Shown: positions 38,136 through 48,922, counted from the first letter of the stretch. The stretch: 64,000 bases of DNA from a virus (IMGVR_UViG_3300032254_000001:96001-160000); one strand, 5' to 3'. Program-made: numbers and translations. Notes: generated by a model from the letters alone, not told the origin.

Positions 38136-38804
38136 TTATTGCTGTTCTTGGAATCCTGGCTGCCAAACTTGTGGCTCTCTTCCGCCTGATGTTTGAACTC
38201 TGATCGGACCTGGTGCTTCTCTGTGATAGTAGCGTGTCCATGTAGTATCGTAATCGTCCGGACCATAACGTTCGGTGTGATAGTCTTTAGTCATCCAACC
38301 TAGTGCTTCAACGTCACCCATTGTGTAAACTGGCTCTGCTGAGCTTGATGTGTTATGTACAACTGGTGCATAGCCTGCTTCGATTTCTGCCTTTAAACGT
38401 GCTTGACGTTTTGTAGTATTCTGCATATCGCTTTCAACGTTATCTTCGTCTAAGCCCATAGCATATTCTTTTGCTTTAGGACCTGCGTGTACAGCAAGGA
38501 ACAAAGTCCTAGGACCTTGCTTCTCTATCGTAAAGCCTGGACCTCTAATCTCAAAGCCTGCATTATTTGGTTCGTCGTCGTCATCGTCTATTCTAGTGCC
38601 CGGAAACTTTGCTGCTAATGCAGTTACCATGGCAGTTGAACTTACATTGTTAACTCCGCCGCCATGTCGCAACCACGTTTTAAGTGCGCCTGCGCTTTGT
38701 TCTCTCTCGTCTACTTTGCACCCAAGACTGACTAGGATGGATACAATTTCTTTATTCTTAGATCGAACGTTTACTGCTTCTGTGATAAATTCTGATGATT
38801 TCAT
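38136..38804 (-). CDS. Putative modular internal head protein
   Basis: MKSSEFITE leader, TAAATA at 38810-38815. Confidence 0.6.
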   Translation of the reverse strand: MKSSEFITEAVNVRSKNKEIVSILVSLGCKVDEREQSAGALKTWLRHGGGVNNVSSTAMVTALAAKFPGTRIDDDDDEPNNAGFEIRGPGFTIEKQGPRTLFLAVHAGPKAKEYAMGLDEDNVESDMQNTTKRQARLKAEIEAGYAPVVHNTSSSAEPVYTMGDVEALGWMTKDYHTERYGPDDYDTTWTRYYHREAPGPIRVQTSGGREPQVWQPGFQEQQ

Positions 38805-38808
38805 ATTA

Positions 38809-39234
38809 CTATTTAGCTATACTATCTCTATCAGTACCGTCGTTGTGTAATGAACCTTCAATACGATGACGATCAGAGTGTGCTACCATTGCAGTTGACC
38901 AAGTCTCATCAGTTTGTTGCTCGTCGCTTACTGCTAAGATATCGTTAGGATCAACACGACGTAAATCAATTTCTTCGTCTTCAACTTGAACTTTTAAACC
39001 ACGTGTCCAACGACCGTGCTTAACAAGTATCCATTCACCAACTTTAACATCCTTCTGCTTAGGTCCAACAGCAAGTACCTCGCCCCAACGTGGTCTAATA
39101 CCTTCAGACTTACCATTGTCAGACTGCATAATAATACCGCCTGTTGTAAGCCTCTCGTTGAATTCCATATTTTTAATTAATATATGATCGCTAACGGCTT
39201 GTATACCGTTAGCTTTGTATGTTACTAGTGACAT
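38809..39234 (-). CDS. Divergent GroES-like co-chaperonin
   Basis: TTGGII, GEVLAVGP, VKVGEWILV, DILAV. Confidence 0.85.
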   Translation of the reverse strand: MSLVTYKANGIQAVSDHILIKNMEFNERLTTGGIIMQSDNGKSEGIRPRWGEVLAVGPKQKDVKVGEWILVKHGRWTRGLKVQVEDEEIDLRRVDPNDILAVSDEQQTDETWSTAMVAHSDRHRIEGSLHNDGTDRDSIAK

Positions 39235-39246
39235 CTTTGTTCCTGT

Positions 39247-39759
39247 TTAAATTTTCTTAACACCTGAACCACTGCGTTCTTCTTCGCGTGGCGTAGGTAG
39301 TGGTTTTTGTTCAATCTCTCTAGCTTTTGCTAATGCTGCGGCTAGTCCACCCGATGGTGCCTTTTCAAGTGCTACTGTTTCATCTGGAAGTGTAACTAGC
39401 TCTTCATCAACTTCAATGCTTACTTCATCATCCAGGCCTGCTATCATTTCATCAACTGTTACTTCTGCTGGTGCTTCTGGCTCAGGATGTGACTGCACAT
39501 ATTTTTCTGCGATAAGCTGTGCTGCTTTTTTGCTGTTAACAACTGGTACATCTTGTGCAACATTACCGATCTGTTTGCGATAGTTTTTGTTAACTTGTGA
39601 CGAACGTGTAGCTGTAGCTGTATTATTACTGTTAAGCACATCTCCACGAGCGTTAACATTCATATTACCGACCGCACGAACATTCTCATTCTTTAATATA
39701 AGCTTCTGGAGATCAACTTCCTGTCCACCTGCTGATTTGTAAATTTTGTTTCCTGACAT
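39247..39759 (-). CDS. Hypothetical late protein
   Basis: TAAATA at 39785-39790. Confidence 0.65.
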   Translation of the reverse strand: MSGNKIYKSAGGQEVDLQKLILKNENVRAVGNMNVNARGDVLNSNNTATATRSSQVNKNYRKQIGNVAQDVPVVNSKKAAQLIAEKYVQSHPEPEAPAEVTVDEMIAGLDDEVSIEVDEELVTLPDETVALEKAPSGGLAAALAKAREIEQKPLPTPREEERSGSGVKKI

Positions 39760-39787
39760 TTTCTTACCTCTAATTATATACGTATAT

Positions 39788-40315
39788 TTATCTCAAGAAT
39801 TCGCTTGGGTCAAGTTTATAAAACATACTGTCGATTCTATGGACTTTTAATTTATACAATACATAACTAGACACGCTAGATCCACGTCCTACGCCCCAGA
39901 CTACGTTGTTTAATTCCATTATATCTACAAGATATACCATGTACCTTAGTAGATCAAATAGGTCTCGTTCCATGTACATTAATAGCTCTTCACCACATCT
40001 CTGCAACTCTGGCTCTGTGTTGCATAGACTTAATATGTGCGCGGCGATATCCATTTCTTTGTAGCTATCAGGCATGTACCATTGTTCTTGATTTTGTTTA
40101 TCAAAGTCTGTTACAGATAAATCCTCGTTCTCAGCGTACTCAACTAACGCTTGATATCCGGCCACTTTGTTTGTTTTACGTATGTCTGTGCTTGTACCGT
40201 CCATCATAAATGGGCCGGGCTGGTACTCAGGATCAGACGGATTAATATCGTGCATGAGTATATCAAACACTTCGTCTGCATCGTAAATCATTTGGCCGAA
40301 TTTATCTGTTTTCAT
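39788..40315 (-). CDS. DnaE (Pol III alpha) mid-domain fragment
   Basis: WGVGRGSSVSSYVLY..HRID..EFLR; ends before the PDxDxD catalytic motif. Confidence 0.75.
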   Translation of the reverse strand: MKTDKFGQMIYDADEVFDILMHDINPSDPEYQPGPFMMDGTSTDIRKTNKVAGYQALVEYAENEDLSVTDFDKQNQEQWYMPDSYKEMDIAAHILSLCNTEPELQRCGEELLMYMERDLFDLLRYMVYLVDIMELNNVVWGVGRGSSVSSYVLYKLKVHRIDSMFYKLDPSEFLR

Positions 40316-40986
40316 TTCTCAGGTTTTTTGGGCTTTGCTGGGTTAAAGTCAGCTTTAATAACTGTGCTGTCTTTCTTCTTAGACGATTTTACAACTACCG
40401 TTTCTTCCTCGCCTTCACTTTCGCTAGGCCAATCCAGTCCTAACATTTCCCATGTTACTTGCAATGGCTTAGATTTCTCATATTCTGCGACTGATGTTCC
40501 TGCTGGATATGATGTAGTACGAGTTGATGGTGATGCCCACCACTTTGCTTCGTCCTCTGCATTTACTATTAAATGCACTTCATCTTCATCGTCGCTTGAA
40601 TCCCACACGTACTTAAGCCTTCCGCTAATATCAGTCAATAGATCAGCGTCCGATATCTCAAGTGTTTCTTCAAGGATAGCATTCATCTTTGTAACTAATA
40701 CGGCCAGCACTATCGGATCAAACGGACCCGGCGATGGAACTGTTAGTACAGGAACACCTGCGCTTGCGAATGCTTTAATTGATTTAACATCTTCTTCCTG
40801 GACAAAGACACTACGCGCGGCCACTTCATATATAAAATATGTTAGTCTGTCAATGCCGATATTCTGGTCCAGTAGTTCATCACCCAGTGTATAAAAATCT
40901 ATCGTTAAATTAAATCTGTTAAAATATAATTCACCGTCGACATGTACACCTGCCATGAACTCGTATTCATTCTTTAGTCTAGCCAT
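40312..40986 (-). CDS. Hypothetical protein
   Basis: 224 aa ORF in operon. Confidence 0.65.
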   Translation of the reverse strand: MARLKNEYEFMAGVHVDGELYFNRFNLTIDFYTLGDELLDQNIGIDRLTYFIYEVAARSVFVQEEDVKSIKAFASAGVPVLTVPSPGPFDPIVLAVLVTKMNAILEETLEISDADLLTDISGRLKYVWDSSDDEDEVHLIVNAEDEAKWWASPSTRTTSYPAGTSVAEYEKSKPLQVTWEMLGLDWPSESEGEEETVVVKSSKKKDSTVIKADFNPAKPKKPEK

Positions 40987-40996
40987 TTAATTCCTC

Positions 40997-41476
40997 TTAA
41001 TGCAGCTCAATTATAACGCCTGCAACAAATGCTTCTTTAATGTGTTCGTAAATATCCTGACGGATCATACTAGTTTGGTCAAATATTATAAACGGTCTAT
41101 CTTCAACAGGGCGAACATGTAACAACGCCCCCTCAGTTAAAACTACAATAGATGATTTTATCCGCTCATGCGTTTCTGGATTGCTTGTGTATTCGTACAG
41201 CAAATTGAGCATTTCGTTCTTGTACTCTTGTCGCAACACAAAACACAACGATGTCGGATGATCATTAAGTAGCTGGAGTGCTGCTGTTGTATGCCCTGAT
41301 TGTCTCGGTAGTGATATCTTTACAGTGCCAAACTCTTTGCGGAACCCATGGTCATCCATGTGCTTTCGCTCGTGCTTTAACTGCGGTGTACTTAGATTCT
41401 CTAATGCTTGTTCAGCAAGCTGTACAATCAATTCAGAGTTTCTTTTTATGCACTTTGTATCAAACTGTTCAAGCAT
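40997..41476 (-). CDS. Degenerate P-loop protein
   Basis: PRQSGHTT, terminase-type Walker A with Lys replaced by His. Confidence 0.45.
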   Translation of the reverse strand: MLEQFDTKCIKRNSELIVQLAEQALENLSTPQLKHERKHMDDHGFRKEFGTVKISLPRQSGHTTAALQLLNDHPTSLCFVLRQEYKNEMLNLLYEYTSNPETHERIKSSIVVLTEGALLHVRPVEDRPFIIFDQTSMIRQDIYEHIKEAFVAGVIIELH

Positions 41477-41721
41477 TATGTGATATCAATCTTACTGTCA
41501 AGATCTACGTCGTCGCCACCGCCACCAAACTTCTCTTCGAGAATCTCTTGCTGTGCTCTTATATAAACTTCGAGCACCATACTAAGTTGATTCATAAGTG
41601 ATTGGTTAGCAGTTTTGTAAGCAAAGGTTAGACGATTGTTTAGATCGCCTATCTTTGCTTGGATCTCTTCTAACGAGTGATCCTCTTTTATTTGTCTTAT
41701 ATCTAGTCCTGGATGTTCCAT
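41476..41721 (-). CDS. Small coiled-coil protein
   Basis: ORF in operon. Confidence 0.6.
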   Translation of the reverse strand: MEHPGLDIRQIKEDHSLEEIQAKIGDLNNRLTFAYKTANQSLMNQLSMVLEVYIRAQQEILEEKFGGGGDDVDLDSKIDIT

Positions 41722-41733
41722 ATTCTTACTTAG

Positions 41734-42144
41734 TTATAGATCGTCCGCAGCACGATTTTCAGACTCGTCAACAGTAAAGCCTGCCTTGTATCTACCAGTT
41801 AGCTTGTCTTTGTTCATTTCGATTATTTCGTTACCTGTGACACCTAATGCCATACATGCAACCATAACGTAGAACATTAAATCGCCAAGTTCTTTCTTAA
41901 GGTGTAATGTGTTTGCTTCGTCAAGAGGTTTGCCCTGGAAGATCATTTTCTTAACAATCTCGTCAAACTCGCCTGCTTCTGCTGTAAGGCCAACACCTGC
42001 TGTTAGTAACTCTGGGATTGATACTCCAACACTGCTGCCTGCTTCTTTAAGAGCATTTAAGCTCTCGATCATTTTATCAAAGTCTTTGCTCTGTTCAGAT
42101 AGTTTGCCTTGCACAAACATTTCGTATTCATTTAAATCGGTCAT
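41734..42144 (-). CDS. MazG-like NTP pyrophosphohydrolase
   Basis: EAGEFDEIVKK, KELGDL, NxxKLxxRY. Confidence 0.88.
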   Translation of the reverse strand: MTDLNEYEMFVQGKLSEQSKDFDKMIESLNALKEAGSSVGVSIPELLTAGVGLTAEAGEFDEIVKKMIFQGKPLDEANTLHLKKELGDLMFYVMVACMALGVTGNEIIEMNKDKLTGRYKAGFTVDESENRAADDL

Positions 42145-42164
42145 TAATCCTCCTTAGGATCTTA

Positions 42165-42566
42165 TTATTGAGGGAACCACAACTCAAGGGCTGCTTCCAA
42201 AACTACTTCATTTAGTTTGTGTCCGTGCGCTAGTGGCGGCTCAGTTTCGGGGCCAAGAACCCAACGGTAAATGAAGAACTCATTTATGCCGTCGTCGTAG
42301 AACAACTTGCAATCGCCTTTGGCAATTACCGCTGCTAGTAGTTGATGGTTTTGGTGTAGACGTTCACCTGGATTCCAATGTTCATTACTGTAATCTAAAA
42401 TTACAACTTTGTCATTGCGGTCGGCATTTGGGTATGCTGCTAATGCAGTTACTATAGATGATTCGTGTCCACATTGTTCGGCCAGAAATACAAGTTGGCC
42501 CAGAGTAGGTACTCTGAGCTTATATAGTTCTGCTGTTTCTGCTTTGGTGAGAGTTCGTGTTTCCAT
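42165..42566 (-). CDS. Hypothetical protein
   Basis: Preceded by TTGATT-17-TATACT at 42574-42602. Confidence 0.6.
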   Translation of the reverse strand: METRTLTKAETAELYKLRVPTLGQLVFLAEQCGHESSIVTALAAYPNADRNDKVVILDYSNEHWNPGERLHQNHQLLAAVIAKGDCKLFYDDGINEFFIYRWVLGPETEPPLAHGHKLNEVVLEAALELWFPQ

Positions 42567-42615
42567 ACTGGCTAGTATACACGAAGTAAATTAAAAAATC
42601 AAGTAGTTTTGGCTA

Positions 42616-43362
42616 CTATGCACCACCCCATGTGCCTGTGTTTGCACTTCGGATCCATATGTCTGATACACTATCGTAATCTGCTATACACAAATATATG
42701 TAAGAAGAATCGCCCGACATCATACCTGCTTTGTCGCCACTGCTTCCAACTGATTCCAATGGTACCGGAGATAAAACTTGTATACGTGACTGAGTTAGAT
42801 CATCAATTGAAATTGTTGCACCGTTATCTGTAGATGCAAATTCAAGGATGTAAGTGCCAGCAGTTGGAAACGTAATTGCACCTAGTGCAACATTGCGGAT
42901 ACCGTCGATACCAATTGACACAGCACCGGGTAATGTAACTGTAAAGGCTGTATTGGTAATTTCAATCTCTACCTGTACCGCGCTGTGTGTGCTTGCTGCG
43001 GAAAAGTTAGCAAATGATAAGGTAATTGCTGCTGTTGGTGTTATCTTTTGGTATGGTGCAACTGACACATCAATTGCAACTGCTCCACTAACTGTGCCAG
43101 TATTTAAAACTGTGCCACGGAAGTTACGTATTTGAGCTGAATGTAATCCAGTTGATGAAAGATCGTTGTCTGCTGATATACCACCTAAAACCAATGCACC
43201 CTTAACAACTACATTATCTTGCAGCTCTTCTATTTCATCTTTTGCTGCTACGAAGTTGGTATTCGTATTAGTGAAATTATCACGGAAACCTTGACTATCG
43301 TTATCCTGTCCTGCTATTGGAAACTCTGTATCAATGTTCGTTGTATTAATTGTGCTAGCCAT
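42616..43362 (-). CDS. Virion structural (tail/baseplate) protein
   Basis: PIAGQDNDSQGFRDNF; C-terminal G+AGM++D++Y+Y+C++YD module also in 45828..46415. Confidence 0.7.
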   Translation of the reverse strand: MASTINTTNIDTEFPIAGQDNDSQGFRDNFTNTNTNFVAAKDEIEELQDNVVVKGALVLGGISADNDLSSTGLHSAQIRNFRGTVLNTGTVSGAVAIDVSVAPYQKITPTAAITLSFANFSAASTHSAVQVEIEITNTAFTVTLPGAVSIGIDGIRNVALGAITFPTAGTYILEFASTDNGATISIDDLTQSRIQVLSPVPLESVGSSGDKAGMMSGDSSYIYLCIADYDSVSDIWIRSANTGTWGGA

Positions 43363-43394
43363 ATTATTATAATCCTATTTGCTGTATTTATTAC

Positions 43395-45815
43395 TTACTG
43401 TTCGTTATTTATAATCATTACTTGTGGGAACTTAATATATTGATCGTTGCTGTCAGAGCTATCGTAGTTGTCAATCGGTGATGCAAATCGGCAACTGCCG
43501 CCATCGAACAATGTTTCGTATTGGTTACCATATAGTCCTGGATCACGCGGTACATACCCAACCGGCAATGGCGGTAGGTCTACTGTTGTGAACGTATCAA
43601 TATTATAACGATCATCATCTGCTGTAACCTGTGTGGTATCTGCTGTTGTTTGTGTTCTATCAAACGTTGTAGTTCCACCAGGTACCCACTGTTGTAAATT
43701 CAAATCCCAATGTTCAGATAACTGTGAATCTAATGTATAACGGTCAATTTCAAAATCAACTAAATTAAGTTGTGTTCCGAAAAACTCTGTGATGTTGTAT
43801 TGTAGTAGCTTTGACTTACCTGGCTTAGTATATGCAATAACCCAAGCTGGTGTAAATCCTAGTACTGCACCATCCTCTTGCTTTGAAAGCATCCAACGAG
43901 GTAGTACTTTTGATTCCTGTCCAATCTGATCAACAACTTCTTCTCGCATATTTTCTAAGCTGTTTGGGTATACTGTTGTAACTGGTACACCATTATCAAT
44001 TGCTGGATACTTAATAGGAACAGATGGTGGTACGCTTTCACCTTGTGCATTAACAAGATTATCTACAACCTGACTATACACAACTTCGTATATAACATTA
44101 TCATTTTCGTCTAATGCTCTTGCTGTTTTAAATTCACCAAGTACTAGTTGCTTATTATAATGATTCAGTTCTAGTGCTGCAAAGTAATCTTCAATAGATG
44201 CTGGTGTTAAACCAAAGGCATGTTGATATATAACTCTGTTCGCAGACCCAAAGTTTGGATCGTCTGGTCTGTATACAATGTCTGGAGTGATAACATCCTG
44301 GTTCAATAGTAATGTGTCAAGTAATAATCTATCTTCACGCGGTGGCATTGCCTTACAGTACAATACATTATGCGGACCATTGAATTCTTTATTAATTAAA
44401 ATTGTAAATTGTTTTGTAACCGATACAATACCGTTTGCACTATATGCTTCAACTATGAATACATATGTTAAATCAAACGTAGTTGGATCTGCGTCAAGTC
44501 TGGTTGCAAAGTCTGCATCGAACGTAGTTGTATCACCGTCTAAGCTGAATGTTTTAAAGCTTACCTGTCCAGCTATGTTACCACTCGGCAACAAAGTTAA
44601 TCCCTGTGGTAGTTTACTATTCGATCCACCTGCTTGTAATCTATATTGTAGTACAGCGTTACCGTGTGTTGCTTCCACTGACAACGTACTGATAGTACCA
44701 TTGTCGATTGTGCCTAAGTCTTCATCTGTTATCCACTGGACTCCAGTTTCAATATCTCCAACTACTGTCATTGATGTTATGTATAACAATGATTGAATGC
44801 TTGGGTCTATTGCTTTGTATACTTTTACGCCGAACTCAAATTCTTCTTCAGTTAATCCAACGTATGGTAGGTTGCCCGACAGCCAACCTGTGTCTGCATC
44901 CAGTGATAGTCCTGCAGGTAAACTGCCTGAGCTAATTGTATACTGAACTTGATCACCATCTGGATCCTTGCCTTCAAACTTATACGCAAAGTAATTATCG
45001 TGGCGGTAACTGCCTATGTCATCAACGTTATTTGTAATGTACGGGGCGCGGATTGCAATGCTGTCTGCTGTAATGTTGCCGCTGTCTGCTGTGAATTCAA
45101 CTGTGTCAGCCGTCATACCATTGCGACTGTACACGAACATTTCAAATGTTCTTAATACAACATCTTTACCATCTGTTAATTGGATTGTAAATTGGTAGTT
45201 CTGACTGATAGAAGTTGTGCTAAAATCAAACGGGTTCTCATCAAAGAATGTACCGTCTCTATCCCAACCTGCTTGGGCAGCTCCTAAGTCGATAATTGGC
45301 TCAGCGAAACCGCTTAATAGGCCATCAGTAGTAAGTGTTATACCATCCGGTAATTCACCAGCTACTACTGTCATAGAAATTATATCTTCAGGATCTAAAT
45401 CTGTCGCTTCAAACTGGAATTCAATTTCGCTACCGTCAAACCATTCACCTATTCGACCTGCTGGAGTTATCCACTCTGGTCTATCCTGCCCGGATACTGT
45501 AAGCGTAAAGGTTCTGTCGGCTATGCGATCTTCATCATCGACTACTCGGATTGCAAACTTTGAGGTTGTGTTTTCCGATACAGCCGATGGCACACCCTTG
45601 AAGTCTGCTACTGAGACTGGAATGCCTTCTATGGTACCGTTTGTGTTTACTTGCACACCAGCTGGTAATGTGCCAGCAATTAACGAATAGGTTACTTTAG
45701 ATGGGTCACCTGGAAAATCTGGATCTTCTGCTTCGAGCGCGATCCTGTAAAACTTTCCTTCCGGTACGACCCCTAAACTACCAGGCTCTGTTTTCCATAC
45801 TGGTGCTTGCGACAT
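43395..45815 (-). CDS. Baseplate wedge-like protein with putative-Ig repeats
   Basis: Repeated Y..+.G.LP.G+.L...G.+.G units; late promoter context. Confidence 0.75.
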   Translation of the reverse strand: MSQAPVWKTEPGSLGVVPEGKFYRIALEAEDPDFPGDPSKVTYSLIAGTLPAGVQVNTNGTIEGIPVSVADFKGVPSAVSENTTSKFAIRVVDDEDRIADRTFTLTVSGQDRPEWITPAGRIGEWFDGSEIEFQFEATDLDPEDIISMTVVAGELPDGITLTTDGLLSGFAEPIIDLGAAQAGWDRDGTFFDENPFDFSTTSISQNYQFTIQLTDGKDVVLRTFEMFVYSRNGMTADTVEFTADSGNITADSIAIRAPYITNNVDDIGSYRHDNYFAYKFEGKDPDGDQVQYTISSGSLPAGLSLDADTGWLSGNLPYVGLTEEEFEFGVKVYKAIDPSIQSLLYITSMTVVGDIETGVQWITDEDLGTIDNGTISTLSVEATHGNAVLQYRLQAGGSNSKLPQGLTLLPSGNIAGQVSFKTFSLDGDTTTFDADFATRLDADPTTFDLTYVFIVEAYSANGIVSVTKQFTILINKEFNGPHNVLYCKAMPPREDRLLLDTLLLNQDVITPDIVYRPDDPNFGSANRVIYQHAFGLTPASIEDYFAALELNHYNKQLVLGEFKTARALDENDNVIYEVVYSQVVDNLVNAQGESVPPSVPIKYPAIDNGVPVTTVYPNSLENMREEVVDQIGQESKVLPRWMLSKQEDGAVLGFTPAWVIAYTKPGKSKLLQYNITEFFGTQLNLVDFEIDRYTLDSQLSEHWDLNLQQWVPGGTTTFDRTQTTADTTQVTADDDRYNIDTFTTVDLPPLPVGYVPRDPGLYGNQYETLFDGGSCRFASPIDNYDSSDSNDQYIKFPQVMIINNEQ

Positions 45816-45827
45816 AGTTAGCCCCTA

Positions 45828-46415
45828 TTAAACGCCAGCTGCTAAGTTGCCTGTTAAACTCCATTCATCAGCTGCTAGTTTCAAAAGCGTAGCTTTGCCG
45901 AACTGATCTTCGATTTGGGCATTACCGTTTATACTTTCAACTGTTACTGTAAACGCGGCTTCGATATCAACTGTTCCATCCCACTGAACGATTTCAATGC
46001 GTGTACCGATTGGAAATGCTACTGATGCATTCGTCGGAACTGTTACTGTTGCTAAGCCTGCATTAGTCATTTTGATAATGCTATTAGCATCGCCTAATGC
46101 TAAGTCAAAAGAAGCTGATTGTGTGCTAACTGTTGTACCGCTGCTGCCGCCGGCTGCTTCATTCTGTTGCCAAATTGTAGCAATGCCGTCGTAGTCTGCT
46201 AGACAAACATAAATGTTAGTGCTATCATAGGCAAGCATACCAGCAACATCACCAGTTTCGCCAACTAAAGTTGGTGGAGCTGTCTGACGTACTACTGGTG
46301 CTACACCTGTGTACAGTTCATTGAAATTGTCATTGGTTTTATCAAACGCGTCACGAAGCTGATCGCCTGTGCCATCGTTTGCTGTTGCACCAATATTGAT
46401 TGTTTGTTGTGACAT
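45828..46415 (-). CDS. Baseplate/tail protein (gp9/gp10-like N-terminus)
   Basis: INIGATANDGTGDQLRDAFDKTNDNFNELY. Confidence 0.8.
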   Translation of the reverse strand: MSQQTINIGATANDGTGDQLRDAFDKTNDNFNELYTGVAPVVRQTAPPTLVGETGDVAGMLAYDSTNIYVCLADYDGIATIWQQNEAAGGSSGTTVSTQSASFDLALGDANSIIKMTNAGLATVTVPTNASVAFPIGTRIEIVQWDGTVDIEAAFTVTVESINGNAQIEDQFGKATLLKLAADEWSLTGNLAAGV

Positions 46416-46469
46416 AATATACTGTTCCTCTGTAAGTTACAGTATATTTATGATGATTGTAGTGACTAC

Positions 46470-46766
46470 TTAAACAAGAACAGCTATGATTTCTTCTTCA
46501 TTTAGAACTAATAGATCTTCGCCGTCGACTGTAACTTCGGTTCCTACGTATTTACCGAACATTATCTTGTCGCCAACTTGTACATCAAGTGGTACAACTT
46601 CACCAGATGGTAATGTTTTACCTTTTCCTGTTGCTAGTACTAAGCCTTCTGCTGGCTTTTCTGCTGCTGACCCTGGTATAACAATACCGCCAGCTGACAC
46701 AGCTTCTGCTTCGACCTGACGTATAACGACGCGATCGTGTAATGGACGAATGCTTAATTCAGACAT
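46470..46766 (-). CDS. groES: Canonical GroES co-chaperonin
   Basis: [29 protein letters not shown]. Confidence 0.95.
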   Translation of the reverse strand: MSELSIRPLHDRVVIRQVEAEAVSAGGIVIPGSAAEKPAEGLVLATGKGKTLPSGEVVPLDVQVGDKIMFGKYVGTEVTVDGEDLLVLNEEEIIAVLV

Positions 46767-46791
46767 TTATTTTTCCTGTTTATATTTCTTA

Positions 46792-47067
46792 CTATCCGAG
46801 TGCAACAATGAAACCTACTATATTAATGACTACGAAGTAGCCAGTTAATCCAATAGACCAAACCATTTGCCTGCGATAATAAGCGTACATGAGTGTCACA
46901 GATCCAACTTCATATATTGGAAATACGACCAGCATGTTTGGGTCATTTGCGGTCAATGCTAAAAGCAATGAACCTGCAATAGTAAAAACTGTACCAATCA
47001 TTTCAAATATAAATGCTATATGATCATGTTGCCAGCTTCGAACTAATGCATTTTTTACTCGTTCCAT
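46792..47067 (-). CDS. Small membrane protein
   Basis: Three hydrophobic segments. Confidence 0.6.
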   Translation of the reverse strand: MERVKNALVRSWQHDHIAFIFEMIGTVFTIAGSLLLALTANDPNMLVVFPIYEVGSVTLMYAYYRRQMVWSIGLTGYFVVINIVGFIVALG

Positions 47068-47090
47068 CTATTTATTGCCTACTGTTGGGC

Positions 47091-47474
47091 TTAGTGTAAT
47101 TTTCTGTCCGGACTTAGATCGTTCGCGTCAGTAAACTCTTTAAGCTCTTCAGACTGATCTTCAACATCGAAGCCTTTAGCTTCAAGCTGTGCCTTAAGAG
47201 TGTCTATAAATGAAGCATCAGAGTCGTCAAGCTCTACTACTGTTACACGGTCATCTGAGTTGATAAACTCTTTGAATTCTAAATATGATTGCACCCATTC
47301 AGAGTCTCGAAAACTAAAAATAGGATCAATATCATCAGGTGCAGTATCAGGGGAAACCCCGAACAACCGCATCACATCGCGTAAATCGACCTTATCGACC
47401 GTTCCACTTTCGTAGAGGCCCGATAGGATTGTCATTACAGCGGTGCGGACGGTTGGCTCAAGATTGTCGAACAT
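47091..47474 (-). CDS. Acidic hypothetical protein
   Basis: ORF in operon. Confidence 0.55.
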   Translation of the reverse strand: MFDNLEPTVRTAVMTILSGLYESGTVDKVDLRDVMRLFGVSPDTAPDDIDPIFSFRDSEWVQSYLEFKEFINSDDRVTVVELDDSDASFIDTLKAQLEAKGFDVEDQSEELKEFTDANDLSPDRKLH

Positions 47475-47857
47475 TACTCAGCTTCGACTTTAGTGTTGGC
47501 TTCGATGAACTTTTCAACTGCTGGATCAGTCGGTGCTTTGTCTTTGATGCGAGTCTTAACATTCTTAGTTAAGGTAGTTTTCATGTCTGCGCGTTTTGAT
47601 ACACGTGACTTCTCGGCAATTTTAACTTCCAAGATTTCTTTCTGTGCATCGTTAAGACCTTGCTTGTTAGCCAGGAAGAACTCAGCTGCTTCAAGCTTAG
47701 TCATGCCCTTATCAAGTTCAATAAGGTCAATTTCAGTACAGCCAGCTTTATCAAGAATTTTGATGCGCGATACTAAATCGTTCGCCCAACGTACTTTAAT
47801 TGTGCCATCTGCATTGATTGCCGTGCCTACGATTGTAAATGTTTTTTCAGTGCTCAT
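47474..47857 (-). CDS. Hypothetical protein
   Basis: Good RBS (GGAGG). Confidence 0.65.
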   Translation of the reverse strand: MSTEKTFTIVGTAINADGTIKVRWANDLVSRIKILDKAGCTEIDLIELDKGMTKLEAAEFFLANKQGLNDAQKEILEVKIAEKSRVSKRADMKTTLTKNVKTRIKDKAPTDPAVEKFIEANTKVEAE

Positions 47858-47900
47858 GTGTTAATCCTCCAAGGGATCGTTTAGTTTAAAGTTAAGGTTT

Positions 47901-48134
47901 TTAGTTTAGCTTTTCACAGCTAGTTAGATTAGTTGATTCTGCAAACTGTTCAAAATTGGATTCACCGTCAATTAAGTCAATAACTGAGTCGAGTTGCGAA
48001 CACATATCATCAACTGATAGTTCTGTGTCGCTTTCCCAAACTTGCCCTACTAGTGCTAAGGATCTAGTTACCTCAGCAATGTGGAGTTCATCTGCTTCGT
48101 CCGTTTTTGGTGTCATATTATCATCACTAATCAT
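47901..48134 (-). CDS. Small acidic hypothetical protein
   Basis: Behind TTGACT-17-TACAAT at 48148-48176. Confidence 0.55.
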   Translation of the reverse strand: MISDDNMTPKTDEADELHIAEVTRSLALVGQVWESDTELSVDDMCSQLDSVIDLIDGESNFEQFAESTNLTSCEKLN

Positions 48135-48194
48135 ATTAACAGCTCTAATTGTACGTTAAGATTGATTGGAAGTCAACCGATATTTTACTTCGGT

Positions 48195-48891
48195 TTAACC
48201 GATTTTAATCATCCATGGTGCTGGATTGTACCCAGTTGATCCTTTAACTTCAACTGGAACTGATATAACATTTGCGGATCCATATTGTGCCTGCACCATT
48301 TGTTGGGCTGCAAAGCTGGATTCTGCGTTAAATTGAACGGTATGTGGTACACGGGCATTCCCATTTTTCACATATACTTTGGCTTGGAAGGTTTTCATAA
48401 TAGTATTTATTCCGGATAAACCAAACGTTTAATTGTATCTTTAGTTAACTTGGTAAACTTGCGCCCAGTACGGCTAAAATGTACTGAAGGCTTTTTAAAC
48501 ATCTGGATGTCGTGTGTACCGCTTTTGATGTAACCAACACATTGTTTATTCTCATTGAATATGTATGTGTGGTTTGGTATGGAACATTCAACATTGCTCC
48601 AATCAGTTACTTCTTGTAAGAATTCAACGCTCATTCGTATGTTACCGTTTTGATTTCATCTTTTGCGTACAGGTCTTCCGAAAAGCGTATTACCATGCCC
48701 TTACCAAAAAGGACATAACCTGCGGCTATGATGCGTTTGATAAAATTGCTGTAATACGGAGTTTTCTTTCTACCGTCTATATCACGTGCAATATAAGGAG
48801 TACCGTTGATTACAATAGTACGAAACTGCTTTGCATTTACACGGCTAACAATTTCGTCAAATGTTGGAACTGATGGTTTGAACTGGCTCAA
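48195..48891 (-). CDS. Three small hypothetical CDS (48195-48398, 48407-48634, 48631-48891)
   Basis: Contiguous ORFs downstream of the strong promoter at 48923. Confidence 0.55.
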
Positions 48892-48922
48892 TGTCTTATA
48901 CCTTTTATCTAACTATGTACTA

